From Clostridia bacterium (GTDB lineage Bacteria; Bacillota; Clostridia; Oscillospirales; CAG-382), in the NCBI GenBank assembly GCA_017396825.1, contig JAFQKR010000086.1, positions 8,930 through 72,929 on the forward strand: DNA of 64,000 bases, in the 5' to 3' direction. Positions 11,184-21,411 of the stretch are shown here, in pieces. Each line of letters begins with the position of its first letter. Position 1 is the first letter of the stretch. A model generated the notes under the pieces. It was not told the origin of the DNA, ran no database searches, and saw only the letters and a program-made list of their open reading frames with translations. The position numbers and the translations under genes were made by a program.

Positions 11184-11513
11184 ATGAGCAAGATGCATAT
11201 AAAGAAGGATGACAGAGTAATTGTTATCTCCGGCAAATATGCCAATATGAAAGAGCCCTCCATCGGTAAGGTAATTGCTGTTTCCCCTAAGGAAGGCAAG
11301 GTTATCGTTGAAGGCGTTCACATGGTGTCTAAGCACGTTAAGCCCAAGAGACAGGGCGAAGCAGGCGGCATCGTAAAGACCGAAGGCGCTATCTATGCGT
11401 GCAAGGTTATGCTTTACTGCGATAAGTGCAAGGCAGGCCGTAGAGTTCACCACAAGGTAAACGAAAACGGCGAACGTATCCGCGTTTGCGTAAAGTGCGG
11501 CGAGAACTTATAA
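11184..11513 (+). CDS. rplX: 50S ribosomal protein L24 with a C-terminal Cys4 zinc-ribbon variant
   Basis: KOW motif at the N-terminus. The C-terminus carries C-x2-C-x18-C-x2-C (CDKC...CVKC) where B. subtilis L24 has none. Confidence 0.9.
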   Translation: MSKMHIKKDDRVIVISGKYANMKEPSIGKVIAVSPKEGKVIVEGVHMVSKHVKPKRQGEAGGIVKTEGAIYACKVMLYCDKCKAGRRVHHKVNENGERIRVCVKCGENL

Positions 11514-11529
11514 TTAAGGAGGAAAAGAC

Positions 11530-12069
11530 ATGTCAAGACTTTGTGAATTTTATAAAAGCGACGTCGCTCCTGCTTTGATGAGTAAGTTCAATTACAAAAC
11601 TCCTATGCAGATTCCTAAGCTTGCAAAGGTTGTTTTGAACGTAGGCGACGGCGAATGTAAGGATAACCCCAAGGTTCTGGAAGCAATAATTTCCGACCTT
11701 ACCACTATAACCGGTCAGAAGGCAGTTCCCACCACCGCTAAGAAGTCTGTTGCAAACTTTAAGCTTCGTGCAGGCGTTAAGATCGGTGCAAAGGTTACTC
11801 TTCGTGGCGAAACGATGTACGAGTTTGTTGATAAGTTCTTCAACCTCGCTCTTCCCAGAGTTCGCGACTTTAAGGGTATCAATCCCAACAGCTTTGATGG
11901 CAGAGGTAACTACTCCTGCGGTATCAAAGAACAGCTTATCTTCCCTGAAATTGAATACGATAAGGTAGATCAAATCAGAGGTATGGATATAGTTTTCGTA
12001 ACTACAGCAAATACAGACGAAGAGGCCAGAGAACTTCTTACACTTCTCGGCGCTCCGTTTGCAAAGTAA
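11530..12069 (+). CDS. rplE: 50S ribosomal protein L5
   Basis: 179 aa, canonical L5. Confidence 0.95.
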   Translation: MSRLCEFYKSDVAPALMSKFNYKTPMQIPKLAKVVLNVGDGECKDNPKVLEAIISDLTTITGQKAVPTTAKKSVANFKLRAGVKIGAKVTLRGETMYEFVDKFFNLALPRVRDFKGINPNSFDGRGNYSCGIKEQLIFPEIEYDKVDQIRGMDIVFVTTANTDEEARELLTLLGAPFAK

Positions 12070-12084
12070 GGAGGGTAAAGTAAA

Positions 12085-12270
12085 ATGGCAAAGACAGCGA
12101 TGAAATTAAAGCAGCAGAAAGAGCCTAAGTTCTCTACCCGTGGTTACAACAGATGCAAGATATGCGGCAGACCCCATGCATATCTCCGTAAGTACGGTGT
12201 ATGTCGTATATGCTTCAGAAATCTGGCTTACAGCGGTCAGATTCCCGGCGTTAAGAAAGCAAGCTGGTAA
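12085..12270 (+). CDS. rpsZ: 30S ribosomal protein S14 type Z (zinc-binding short form)
   Basis: 61 aa with C-x2-C-x12-C-x2-C. Confidence 0.95.
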   Translation: MAKTAMKLKQQKEPKFSTRGYNRCKICGRPHAYLRKYGVCRICFRNLAYSGQIPGVKKASW

Positions 12271-12292
12271 TTAAGGCAGGAGGTAAACATAA

Positions 12293-12691
12293 ATGCAAAT
12301 TACAGACGTTGTAGCAGATATGCTCACAAGAATAAGAAACGCTAATAGTGAAAAGCACGAAACCGTTGATATACCTGCCTCCAATCTTAAGAAAGCTATT
12401 GCTCAGATTCTTCTTGACGAAGGCTTTATTAAAGATTATAAGGTTACCGAAGATAACAAGCAGGGTATCATAACCGTTACTCTTAAGTACGGCGAAGGCA
12501 AGACTCGTATCATCGAAGGTCTTCGCAGAGTTTCTAAGCCCGGTCTTAAGATCTACGCTTCTTGCAAGGATATTCCTAAGGTTAGAAATGGCCTCGGTAT
12601 TGCAATCCTTTCCACCAGCAAGGGTATTATGACCGATAAGCAGGCTAGAAAAGAAAACATCGGCGGCGAAGTTCTCGCCTTCGTATGGTAA
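12293..12691 (+). CDS. rpsH: 30S ribosomal protein S8
   Basis: [17 protein letters not shown]... Confidence 0.95.
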   Translation: MQITDVVADMLTRIRNANSEKHETVDIPASNLKKAIAQILLDEGFIKDYKVTEDNKQGIITVTLKYGEGKTRIIEGLRRVSKPGLKIYASCKDIPKVRNGLGIAILSTSKGIMTDKQARKENIGGEVLAFVW

Positions 12692-12704
12692 GGAGGATAA
12701 TGAT

Positions 12705-13244
12705 ATGTCTAGAATAGGTAAGAAACCCATTATCGTTCCCGCCGGTGTGGACGTTACTTTTGCAGAAGGTAACGTAATGAAGGTTAAGGGCCCCAAGGGT
12801 GAACTCGTTCAGCAGTTCCCTGCATCCATGGCTCTTAAGCTTGACAACGGTGTTCTCACCGTTGAACGTCCCTCCGACAGCAAGGAACATAAGTCCCTTC
12901 ACGGCCTTTCCCGTTCTTTGGCAGCTAACATGATCTATGGTTGTCATGAAAGCTTTAAGAAAGAGCTTGAAATCAACGGCGTTGGTTACAAGGCGTCCAA
13001 GGAAGGCAAGAAGTTGGTTCTTAACATAGGTTATTCACACCCCGTTTACTTTGAAGAACCTGCAGGCGTTACTATTGACGTTCCTACACCTAACAAAGTA
13101 ATCGTTTTCGGTGCTGATAAACAGGTTGTTGGTCAGCTCGCAGCTGAAATCAGAGCTAAGCGTCCTCCTGAACCTTATCTTGGCAAGGGTATTAAGTACT
13201 CTGACGAGACTATCAGACGCAAGGCCGGTAAGGCTGGTAAATAA
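12705..13244 (+). CDS. rplF: 50S ribosomal protein L6
   Basis: MSRIGKKPI... Confidence 0.95.
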   Translation: MSRIGKKPIIVPAGVDVTFAEGNVMKVKGPKGELVQQFPASMALKLDNGVLTVERPSDSKEHKSLHGLSRSLAANMIYGCHESFKKELEINGVGYKASKEGKKLVLNIGYSHPVYFEEPAGVTIDVPTPNKVIVFGADKQVVGQLAAEIRAKRPPEPYLGKGIKYSDETIRRKAGKAGK

Positions 13245-13263
13245 GAAAGGAGTGTGAATAAGT

Positions 13264-13623
13264 ATGGTAACTCATCCCGATAAGAATAAAAATCGTCTTC
13301 GTAGACACAGAAGAGTAAGGGGTAAGATCTTTGGTACCGCTTCCACACCCCGTCTTTGCGTATATCGTTCTCTCAAGAACATAAGCGCACAGATCATTGA
13401 TGATGAAACCGGTAGAACCCTCGTTGCTGCTGCTTCCAATGAGAAGGGCTTTGAAGGCAACGGCGGTAACAAAGAAGGTGCTAAGCAGTTAGGCCTCCTT
13501 ATAGGCAAAAGAGCGCTTGAAAACGGCATAGAAAACGTTGTTTTCGACAGAGGCGGCTACATCTATCACGGTAGAGTGCAAGAGCTTGCTGATGGCGCAC
13601 GTGAAGCCGGCTTGAAGTTTTAA
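13264..13623 (+). CDS. rplR: 50S ribosomal protein L18
   Basis: 119 aa, ...[12 protein letters not shown]... Confidence 0.9.
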   Translation: MVTHPDKNKNRLRRHRRVRGKIFGTASTPRLCVYRSLKNISAQIIDDETGRTLVAAASNEKGFEGNGGNKEGAKQLGLLIGKRALENGIENVVFDRGGYIYHGRVQELADGAREAGLKF

Positions 13624-13638
13624 GGGAGGAAAGTACGA

Positions 13639-14145
13639 ATGGCACAAAAAGTTGATTACACACAGCTTGGTGAACTCAAGGAAATCCTTGTTAACACCAA
13701 GAGCGTATCTAAGACTGTTAAAGGCGGTCGTATAAGAAGATTCTCCGCACTGGTTGTTGTTGGTGACGGCAACGGCCACGTAGGCGTAGGCAGCGGCAAG
13801 AGCGCAGAAGTTCCGGATGCAATTAGAAAGGCAATCGAAGCTGCAAAGCGCGGTATGGTTAAGGTATCTGTTCTTGGTACTACAATACCTCACGAGATCA
13901 TCGGTGAGTATTGTGCAGGCAGAGTACTTCTTAAGCCTGCTGCTCCCGGTACCGGTATCATTGCTGGCGGCACCATGCGTGCTGTTCTCGAGGCTGCAGG
14001 TATCAGAGATATTCGTGCTAAGTCGCTTCGTTCTAACAATCCTTGCAACGTAACCAAGGCTACCTTTGAGGCACTCAAGGCCTTGACCACCGTTGAAGAG
14101 GTTGCTCTTAAGCGCGGTAAAAGCGTAAGCGACATAAAGGGCTAA
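13639..14145 (+). CDS. rpsE: 30S ribosomal protein S5
   Basis: 168 aa, dsRBD plus S5 C-domain. Confidence 0.95.
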   Translation: MAQKVDYTQLGELKEILVNTKSVSKTVKGGRIRRFSALVVVGDGNGHVGVGSGKSAEVPDAIRKAIEAAKRGMVKVSVLGTTIPHEIIGEYCAGRVLLKPAAPGTGIIAGGTMRAVLEAAGIRDIRAKSLRSNNPCNVTKATFEALKALTTVEEVALKRGKSVSDIKG

Positions 14146-14159
14146 AGGGGGATTTAAAA

Positions 14160-14342
14160 ATGGCAAAGGTTAAAATTACTTTGAAGAAGAGCTTGATAGG
14201 CCGTAAGGAAAATCAAATACTCACCTGCAAATCTCTCGCATTGACAAAGATCGGTGACAGCAAGGTTATAGAAGTTAACGACGCTGTTCAGGGTAAGATC
14301 AATGTTATAGCTCACCTTGTAAGCGTTGAAAACGCTGACTAA
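14160..14342 (+). CDS. rpmD: 50S ribosomal protein L30
   Basis: 60 aa, MAKVKITLKKS... Confidence 0.9.
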   Translation: MAKVKITLKKSLIGRKENQILTCKSLALTKIGDSKVIEVNDAVQGKINVIAHLVSVENAD

Positions 14343-14363
14343 TTGTAAGAAGGAGGAAAAGTT

Positions 14364-14804
14364 ATGAAGCTTCACGAGCTTTCTCCTGCTGTTGGTTCTA
14401 CTGCCCCTCGTTTTAGAAAGGGTAGAGGTCCCGGTAGCGGTAACGGCAAAACTGCTGGTAAAGGCCACAAGGGTCAAAACGCTCGCTCCGGCGGCGGTGT
14501 ACGTCCCGGTTTCGAGGGTGGTCAGCTCCCTATATACAGAAGACTTCCTAAGAGGGGGTTTAACAACCACTTCTCCAAGCAGTATGCTATTATCAATGTT
14601 AGCAAGCTTAACGATTTCGATGACGGTAGCGTTATCAGCGTTCAAACTTTGATTGACTGTGGCGTTCTTAATAAGGCACTTGACGGTCTTAAGGTTCTCG
14701 GTAACGGCGAAATTACCAAGAAGCTTACCGTTGAAGCTGCTGTCTTCTCCGCATCCGCAAAAGAAAAAATCGAAGCAGCTGGCGGGAAGGCGCAGGTGAT
14801 ATAA
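14364..14804 (+). CDS. rplO: 50S ribosomal protein L15
   Basis: 146 aa with a Gly/Arg-rich N-terminus. Confidence 0.95.
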   Translation: MKLHELSPAVGSTAPRFRKGRGPGSGNGKTAGKGHKGQNARSGGGVRPGFEGGQLPIYRRLPKRGFNNHFSKQYAIINVSKLNDFDDGSVISVQTLIDCGVLNKALDGLKVLGNGEITKKLTVEAAVFSASAKEKIEAAGGKAQVI

Positions 14805-16079
14805 ATGTTTCAAACTATTAAAAATGCTTGGCACATTGAAGACACCAGACGCAAGTTAATCTATACAGCTTTTATAGTTATTCTTTACAGAATCGGTTGT
14901 ATCATACCCGTTCCTTACGTAGACAGTGCGGCATGGGCAGCAACCTTCGATTCAGAAACAACCGGTACCATCTTTGGTTACCTCAACATTTTGTCTGGCT
15001 CCAGTTTTTCTCAGGGCACTTTGTTTGCTCTGTCAATAACTCCATACATTACTGCTTCCATCGTTATGCAGCTCCTTACTATTGCTATCCCTCCCCTTGA
15101 GAGATTGGCAAAGGAGCCCGACGGTCAGAAGAAGATTACTCAGATAACCAGATACGTTACCGTTATTCTCGCAATTGTTACTGCGCTTGGTTACTATCTT
15201 ACCATGCGTAATCAGGGCGCTCTTTCCGATAAGGGCTTCTTCGCAGGCTTGGTAATCGTTACCTCCTACGTTGCAGGCGCATCTCTTATCATGTGGCTTG
15301 GTGAAAAGATCAACGAAAACGGTGTTGGCAACGGTATTTCCATAATCCTGTTCTTTAACATCATCTCTCGTTTCGGTTCTTTGCTTAACGTCGCAATCAG
15401 CGTTGGTAAAACCGGTACGGGTTGGATCTTCGTTATCCTTGCCGCCGTTATCATGCTTGCGGTTATCACCTTCATCGTATGGATGAACGATGCCGAAAGA
15501 AGACTTCCTGTTCAGTACGCTAAGCGTACCGTTGGCAGAAAGATGTACGGCGGTATGAATACTCACCTTCCTATAAAACTTAATATGTCCGGCGTAATGC
15601 CTATCATATTTGCCCAGTCCATCGTTTCTCTCCCCTCTACTTTGGGTTTGATATTCGGTTGGAATCAGCAAGGCGGCATACTTAAGTTTTTCTCCATGAC
15701 CAGTGCATTTGGCATTGCTCTTAACTTTATCCTTATCATCGCTTTTGCATACTTCTACCTCACCATCAGCTTTAATCCCGTAGAAGTAGCAAACAACCTT
15801 AAGAAGAACGGTGGCACTATACTCGGTTACCGTCCCGGCACTCCTACGGCTAATTACATCCGTAAGGTGCTTAACAGAATAACCCTCATCGGTTCTCTGT
15901 TCCTCGGTATCATCGCAGTATTCCCTCAGCTTATCGCTCTCCTTTGGCCTAAGTCCAACCTCGGTTACTTGGTATTCGGCGGCTCCTCTTTGATAATTAT
16001 CATCGGTGTAGTTCTCGAAACCATCAAGGAACTTGAAAGTGAAGTGACTATGCGTCACTACAAGGGCTTTCTTGAATAA
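14805..16079 (+). CDS. secY: Preprotein translocase subunit SecY
   Basis: 424 aa, 10 TM segments, position after rplO. The start overlaps the rplO stop. Confidence 0.95.
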   Translation: MFQTIKNAWHIEDTRRKLIYTAFIVILYRIGCIIPVPYVDSAAWAATFDSETTGTIFGYLNILSGSSFSQGTLFALSITPYITASIVMQLLTIAIPPLERLAKEPDGQKKITQITRYVTVILAIVTALGYYLTMRNQGALSDKGFFAGLVIVTSYVAGASLIMWLGEKINENGVGNGISIILFFNIISRFGSLLNVAISVGKTGTGWIFVILAAVIMLAVITFIVWMNDAERRLPVQYAKRTVGRKMYGGMNTHLPIKLNMSGVMPIIFAQSIVSLPSTLGLIFGWNQQGGILKFFSMTSAFGIALNFILIIAFAYFYLTISFNPVEVANNLKKNGGTILGYRPGTPTANYIRKVLNRITLIGSLFLGIIAVFPQLIALLWPKSNLGYLVFGGSSLIIIIGVVLETIKELESEVTMRHYKGFLE

Positions 16080-16096
16080 TTGAGAGGCGAACGATT

Positions 16097-16729
16097 ATGA
16101 ATATAATATTATTTGGCCCTCCCGGTGCCGGCAAAGGCACCCAGGCAGAAATCATCAGCAAAGCACTTAACATACCTACAATCTCCACCGGCGCCATCAT
16201 CCGTGGCGCCGTGAAGGAAGGTACCCCTATGGGTCTTTCCGCTAAGTCCTACATGGACGCAGGCGCACTCGTGCCTGATGAGGTTGTTATCGGTATCATC
16301 AAGGAAAGACTTGCAAAGGACGATTGCAAGGAAGGTTTCATTCTTGACGGCTTCCCTCGCACCGTTCCGCAGGCTATCGCCCTTGATAACATGGGCGTTC
16401 AAATTGATGTTGTGGCATCTCTTGAGGTTACGGATGAAGCAATCGTTGAAAGAATGAGCGGCAGAAGGGTTTGCCCTGCATGCGGCGCAACCTTCCATGT
16501 TGTTTACAATCCTTCCTCTACCGGTGATAAATGTGACGTTTGCGGTGTTGACCTGCTCATCCGTGACGATGACAAGCCGGAAGTTGTTTTAAATCGCCTT
16601 GCCACCTATCATAAGGAAACCGAACCGCTTAAGGATTACTACAGCGGCAAGGGAATCCTCAAATCCGTTCCCGGTCAGGATAAGGTTGAGGAAACCACAG
16701 CCCTTATGAAGGCAGCTCTTGGTATATAA
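16097..16729 (+). CDS. adk: Adenylate kinase (zinc-lid form)
   Basis: P-loop GPPGAGKGTQ. The LID carries CPACG...CDVCG. Confidence 0.95.
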   Translation: MNIILFGPPGAGKGTQAEIISKALNIPTISTGAIIRGAVKEGTPMGLSAKSYMDAGALVPDEVVIGIIKERLAKDDCKEGFILDGFPRTVPQAIALDNMGVQIDVVASLEVTDEAIVERMSGRRVCPACGATFHVVYNPSSTGDKCDVCGVDLLIRDDDKPEVVLNRLATYHKETEPLKDYYSGKGILKSVPGQDKVEETTALMKAALGI

Positions 16730-17478
16730 TGATTATACTAAAGAACAAGCATGATATCACGCTTATGCGTGATTCCGGTAAGATTGCAGCCCTTGCCAGA
16801 GCAACGGGCGGGGAAATGGCTAAGGCAGGTGTAACCACCGCCGCCATTGATGCCAAGATAAAACAAGTAATTGTTTCTCACGGCGCCATCCCCTCCTTTC
16901 TCGGCTACGGTGGCTTTCCCGGATCCGCTTGTGTCAGTGTAAATGATGAGGTAATTCACGGTATCCCATCCGACAGGGAACTGAAGGATGGGGATATCGT
17001 AAAGATTGACGTTGGTGCGTTCTATAAAGGCTTTCACAGTGACTGTGCCGCAACCTTTGCGGTTGGTAATGTGAGCGCAGAAGCGGCTAAGCTAATTTCG
17101 GTAACAGAAGAAAGCTTCTTCAAAGGGATCGAAATGGCAGTTCCCGGCAATCGCTTGGGTGACATTTCAGCCGCAGTTCAGAACGTAGTGGAATCAAACG
17201 GGTTCTCCGTTGTTCGAGACTATGTGGGACACGGTGTGGGGCGTGAGCTTCACGAGGACCCCAGCATTCCTAACTATGGGCGTGCAGGTCGTGGTGTTCG
17301 CTTGCAGTCAGGTATGACTTTGGCAATAGAGCCTATGGTCAATATCGGCGGCTATGCGGTAAAGGTGTTGTCTGACGAATGGACCGTTATAACAAAGGAC
17401 GGTAGCTTGTCAGCCCATTATGAAAACACGATAGCAATAACGGATAACGGCCCTATTATATTAACTGCCTTAGCGTAG
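16729..17478 (+). CDS. map: Type I methionine aminopeptidase
   Basis: 249 aa with pita-bread fold motifs. The start overlaps the adk stop. Confidence 0.9.
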   Translation: MIILKNKHDITLMRDSGKIAALARATGGEMAKAGVTTAAIDAKIKQVIVSHGAIPSFLGYGGFPGSACVSVNDEVIHGIPSDRELKDGDIVKIDVGAFYKGFHSDCAATFAVGNVSAEAAKLISVTEESFFKGIEMAVPGNRLGDISAAVQNVVESNGFSVVRDYVGHGVGRELHEDPSIPNYGRAGRGVRLQSGMTLAIEPMVNIGGYAVKVLSDEWTVITKDGSLSAHYENTIAITDNGPIILTALA

Positions 17479-17486
17479 GTGACCGA

Positions 17487-17732
17487 ATGGATTATATAGG
17501 TCGATTGGTGTTATCTACGGCAGGACACGATAAAGGGATACCGTTTTGTGTGTTGTCTGAGGACGGCGAGTATGTTTTTCTTGCCGATGGACGACATCGA
17601 AAGGTAGATAGCCCTAAGCGTAAAAAACTTAAGCATACAAAACTCATCAGTGAAGCCGCATACAGCGGTCCGGTAACTAACAAGGCAATCCGAGCTTTTA
17701 TAACAAAAGCGACCGCCTTGTTGAATAATTAG
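17487..17732 (+). CDS. KOW domain-containing RNA-binding protein (conserved map-infA spacer gene)
   Basis: 81 aa, Lys-rich, found at the same position in many Firmicutes. Confidence 0.6.
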   Translation: MDYIGRLVLSTAGHDKGIPFCVLSEDGEYVFLADGRHRKVDSPKRKKLKHTKLISEAAYSGPVTNKAIRAFITKATALLNN

Positions 17733-17747
17733 ACGGAGGGATTAATT

Positions 17748-17966
17748 CTGGCTAAAGACGATGTTATTGAATTTGAAGGCGTAGTTACGGAAGTTCTTCC
17801 CAATACTATGTTTAAAGTAAAGCTTTCCAACGGTCATATAATTACCGCCCATATTTCCGGTAAAATGCGTATGCATTATATCAAGATATTGCAGGGCGAC
17901 GCAGTAACCGTAGAGGTTTCTGTATACGACTTGACCCAAGGAAGGATAACATTCAGGCATAAATAA
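17748..17966 (+). CDS. infA: Translation initiation factor IF-1 with a non-canonical start codon
   Basis: The frame encodes (M)[71 protein letters not shown]. This is near-identical in pattern to B. subtilis IF-1. No in-frame ATG/GTG/TTG exists. CTG at 17748 sits 7 nt after GGAGGG (17735-17740), and ATT at 17745 is an alternative. The gene is absent from the ORF track. Confidence 0.8.
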   Translation: MAKDDVIEFEGVVTEVLPNTMFKVKLSNGHIITAHISGKMRMHYIKILQGDAVTVEVSVYDLTQGRITFRHK

Positions 17967-17984
17967 GCCTATGGAGGTAATGAA

Positions 17985-18098
17985 ATGAAAGTAAGGCCTT
18001 CTGTGAAAAAGATCTGCGAAAAGTGCAAGATCATCAAAAGAAAAGGCAAAATAATGGTTATTTGCGAAAACCCCAAGCATAAGCAAAAACAAGGTTAA
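17985..18098 (+). CDS. rpmJ: 50S ribosomal protein L36 (C+ zinc form)
   Basis: [37 protein letters not shown]. Below the ORF-track size cut-off. Confidence 0.9.
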   Translation: MKVRPSVKKICEKCKIIKRKGKIMVICENPKHKQKQG

Positions 18099-18112
18099 AG
18101 AGAGGTGTAATA

Positions 18113-18481
18113 ATGGCTCGTATTTCCGGTGTAGATATTCCAAACGCAAAGCGTGTAGAGATCGGCCTTACCTATATCTACGGTATAGGCAGAGCACGTT
18201 CCAATGAAATACTCAATAAGACCGGTATAAACCCCGATATCAGAGTTAAGGATTTGACCGAAGACGACGTAGCAAAGCTTCGTGAAGTTATCGAGGGCGA
18301 TTACATGGTTGAAGGTGACCTCAGACGTGAAGTAGCACTCAATATCAAGCGTATGGTTGAAATCGATTGCTACCGTGGCAGAAGACACAGAAAGAATCTT
18401 CCTGTAAGAGGTCAGAGAACCAAGACCAACGCAAGAACTCGCAAGGGTCCTGCAAAGACCATTGCAAACAAGAAGAAGTAA
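18113..18481 (+). CDS. rpsM: 30S ribosomal protein S13
   Basis: [10 protein letters not shown]... Confidence 0.95.
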   Translation: MARISGVDIPNAKRVEIGLTYIYGIGRARSNEILNKTGINPDIRVKDLTEDDVAKLREVIEGDYMVEGDLRREVALNIKRMVEIDCYRGRRHRKNLPVRGQRTKTNARTRKGPAKTIANKKK

Positions 18482-18500
18482 TAGGAGGGAAAGGTAAATT

Positions 18501-18899
18501 ATGGCAAAAGCAACAAAAAAAGTTGTATCCAAAAAGCGTCGTGAGCGTAAGAATATTGAGCGCGGTGCTGCTCATATCCGTTCCAGCTTTAACAACACGA
18601 TAGTTACCATTTCCGATACCAACGGCAATGCAATAAGCTGGGCTTCTGCTGGTGAACTCGGTTACAGAGGTTCCCGTAAGTCCACTCCTTTTGCAGCTCA
18701 GATGGCAGCTGAAACCGCTGCAAAGGCTGCTATGGAACACGGTCTTAAGGACGTTGAGGTTTACGTAAAGGGTCCCGGTCAAGGTAGAGAAGCTGCTATC
18801 CGTGCACTTCAGGTTGCCGGCCTTAACGTTGTATCCATCAAGGACGTAACTCCCATACCTCACAACGGTTGTCGTCCGCCCAAGAGAAGACGCGTTTAG
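18501..18899 (+). CDS. rpsK: 30S ribosomal protein S11
   Basis: 132 aa, canonical S11. Confidence 0.95.
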   Translation: MAKATKKVVSKKRRERKNIERGAAHIRSSFNNTIVTISDTNGNAISWASAGELGYRGSRKSTPFAAQMAAETAAKAAMEHGLKDVEVYVKGPGQGREAAIRALQVAGLNVVSIKDVTPIPHNGCRPPKRRRV

Positions 18900-18925
18900 T
18901 CTTAAAATTATAGGAGGATTAACTA

Positions 18926-19558
18926 ATGGCAAGATATACAGGCCCTGCGTGCAGACTTTGCCGCAGAGAGAATACAAAGCTGTTTCTTAAAGGCGATAAG
19001 TGTACATCTGATAAGTGCCCCCTCGTTAGAAGAGCAAAGGCACCCGGTCAGCACGGTGCAGGCGCCGGCAGAAAGAGAGTAAAAGAGTACGGTCTTCAGC
19101 TTCGTGAGAAACAGAAGGCAAGAAGGTACTACGGTATTTTAGAGAAGCAGTTTAACAATTATTTTGAAAAGGCTGATAAGAAGCCCGGTCAGACCGGTGA
19201 AAACCTTCTCACTATGATTGAAACCAGACTTGACAACGTTGTATACCGCATGGGTATGGCAGACAGCCGTCGTCAGGCACGTCAGCTCGTTCGTCACGGC
19301 CACTTCCAGATCAACGGCAAGAAGGCTAACATTCCTTCCATGCTCGTTAAGAAGGGTGATGTTATCACCGTTAAGGAAAGCAGCCGCAAGAGCGAACTTA
19401 TTAAAATGCTTATCGAAAATATCTCCGGAAGGTCAGTACCCGCATGGATAGAGCTTGATAAGGAAAATGCAGTAGCAACCATCGCAGCTCTTCCCACCAG
19501 AGAAGACATAGATTTCCCCTTCGAGGAGCATCTGATAGTAGAGTTGTACTCCAAGTAA
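18926..19558 (+). CDS. rpsD: 30S ribosomal protein S4 (zinc-finger form)
   Basis: [15 protein letters not shown]...CTSDKCP gives a Cys4 N-terminus, followed by the S4 domain. Confidence 0.95.
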   Translation: MARYTGPACRLCRRENTKLFLKGDKCTSDKCPLVRRAKAPGQHGAGAGRKRVKEYGLQLREKQKARRYYGILEKQFNNYFEKADKKPGQTGENLLTMIETRLDNVVYRMGMADSRRQARQLVRHGHFQINGKKANIPSMLVKKGDVITVKESSRKSELIKMLIENISGRSVPAWIELDKENAVATIAALPTREDIDFPFEEHLIVELYSK

Positions 19559-19619
19559 TGGCATACACAGCGTTTAACCGCATTTTAAACGGCTGTTGAT
19601 TTCAATAGGAGGTATACAA

Positions 19620-20570
19620 ATGATTGAAATAGAGAGACCGAACATCGTTACGGCTGACCTTAGTGAGGACGGCAAACACGGCACATTTGTGATTGAACCC
19701 CTTGAACGCGGTTACGGTACAACCCTTGGTAATTCACTTAGACGCGTACTTTTAAGCTCTCTCCCCGGTGTTGCTGCTACCAGCATAAAGATTGACGGTG
19801 CATTGCACGAGATATCTACTATTGCCGGTGTTAAAGAGGATGTTACGGAAATCGTTATGAACGTAAAGGGCATTGTTGCTGATCTTCATTGCTCTACTCC
19901 CAAGACTGTTATCGTAGAAGGCAGTGGTTACACTGAAATCACCGCCGGCGATATTCAGGTTGACAGTGATATTGAAATTCTTAATAAGGATCACCACATC
20001 GTTACCGTAGAAGACGGCCACAATTTCTATATGGAAATTACCTTCGAGCGCGGTAGAGGTTACGTTTCCTCTGATAAGAATAAGCAAAACGGTCAGCCCG
20101 TTCTTGGCGTTATCTATACAGATTCCATCTACACCCCTGTTTACAGTGCAAACTATACTGTTGAAAACACCCGTGTAGGCAACATAACGGATTATGACAA
20201 GCTTACTCTTACTATTAGTACAAACGGCATAATCAACGCAAAAGAGGCACTTTCCTTTGCGGCAAAGATACTTAACGAGCACCTCAATCTGTTCGTAGAG
20301 CTTTCCGACGAAGCAAAGCATACCGAAATAATGGTTGACAGGGAAGAAACCATTAAGGAAAAAGTCCTTGAAATGACCATTGAAGAACTTGATTTGTCCG
20401 TAAGAAGTTTCAACTGTCTCAAGCGCGCAAGCATTGACACCGTTGAGGACTTGACCAACATGACCGAAGAGGACATGATAAAGGTGAGAAACCTTGGTAA
20501 GAAGTCGCTTGAAGAAGTGATTCAAAAGCTCCAGTCTCTTGGCCTTTCTCTTAAGAAGGCAGAAGACTAA
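19620..20570 (+). CDS. rpoA: DNA-directed RNA polymerase subunit alpha
   Basis: [10 protein letters not shown]... The track start at 19596 is an extension. ATG 19620 follows AGGAGG. Confidence 0.95.
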   Translation: MIEIERPNIVTADLSEDGKHGTFVIEPLERGYGTTLGNSLRRVLLSSLPGVAATSIKIDGALHEISTIAGVKEDVTEIVMNVKGIVADLHCSTPKTVIVEGSGYTEITAGDIQVDSDIEILNKDHHIVTVEDGHNFYMEITFERGRGYVSSDKNKQNGQPVLGVIYTDSIYTPVYSANYTVENTRVGNITDYDKLTLTISTNGIINAKEALSFAAKILNEHLNLFVELSDEAKHTEIMVDREETIKEKVLEMTIEELDLSVRSFNCLKRASIDTVEDLTNMTEEDMIKVRNLGKKSLEEVIQKLQSLGLSLKKAED

Positions 20571-20603
20571 CCGACACATTCTGATAAAGGAGGCACATAG
20601 AAA

Positions 20604-20990
20604 ATGCCCGGAACAAGAAAGCTTGGCAGAAAGACCGACCACAGAATGGCTATGCTCAAGGGTATGGTAACATTTTTGTTGGAAAACGGTAAAATAGAAA
20701 CAACTTTAACAAGGGCTAAGGAAGTTAGCGCCCTTGCTGATAAAATGATAACCCTTGGTAAGGAAAACAACCTTGCTAATTACAGACGCGCTCTTGCTTT
20801 TATTAAGAAGGAAGACGTTGCTCATAAACTTTTCAAAGAGATCTCTCCTTTCTACGCAGATAGAAAGGGTGGCTACACCACAGTTCTTAAGCTCGGTCCC
20901 CGTCGTGGTGACGGTGCCGAAATGGCTATAATTGCTTTGGTTGACGCCGCTGATCTTTACAAGAAGGCTGACGCTAAGGAAGATAAATAA
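20604..20990 (+). CDS. rplQ: 50S ribosomal protein L17
   Basis: 128 aa, last gene of the alpha operon. Confidence 0.95.
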   Translation: MPGTRKLGRKTDHRMAMLKGMVTFLLENGKIETTLTRAKEVSALADKMITLGKENNLANYRRALAFIKKEDVAHKLFKEISPFYADRKGGYTTVLKLGPRRGDGAEMAIIALVDAADLYKKADAKEDK

Positions 20991-21003
20991 CTTCAAAACA
21001 AAT

Positions 21004-21038
21004 ACCGCCGTTTCAAATTGAGACGGCGGTTGTTTTTT
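21004..21038 (+). terminator. Rho-independent terminator of the ribosomal supercluster
   Basis: ACCGCCGT-ttcaaattga-ACGGCGGT followed by TGTTTTTT. Confidence 0.7.
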
Positions 21039-21066
21039 CAGTCTATTTTATTTTTGTTTATTATAC

Positions 21067-21402
21067 TTAAGATGTAGGTTTAGTGTTTTTTCTCTTCTTG
21101 GGCTTTGGAACGGGGACGACCTTTTCAAGCTCTGTCAGCACTGCGGCAGTAAGTTCAGTGTTTTCAACGTCCAGTATATAATGCTCCCTCGCACCTTCAA
21201 AGGGATGTCCGGTAGGCGTGCCTTCAAGGAGAAGAGAAACACAGTCAATCTTTTTAACAAAGGCAGTGTTGTCGCATAGCAAAACAAGCGGTTTATCGTT
21301 TATATAAACCACGTATTCACCAAACATTTTTCTGTATCGCACTTCTGATGGTCGGTTAATTTGCTCACACACGAAAAGCACAAAATCAAGACTGGTAGCC
21401 AT
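21067..21402 (-). CDS. TfoX/Sxy N-terminal domain-like protein
   Basis: 111 aa. ...RKMFGEYVVYINDKPLVLLCDN... resembles the TfoX_N fold. No C-terminal domain. Confidence 0.45.
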   Translation of the reverse strand: MATSLDFVLFVCEQINRPSEVRYRKMFGEYVVYINDKPLVLLCDNTAFVKKIDCVSLLLEGTPTGHPFEGAREHYILDVENTELTAAVLTELEKVVPVPKPKKRKNTKPTS

Positions 21403-21411
21403 AAATACTCC

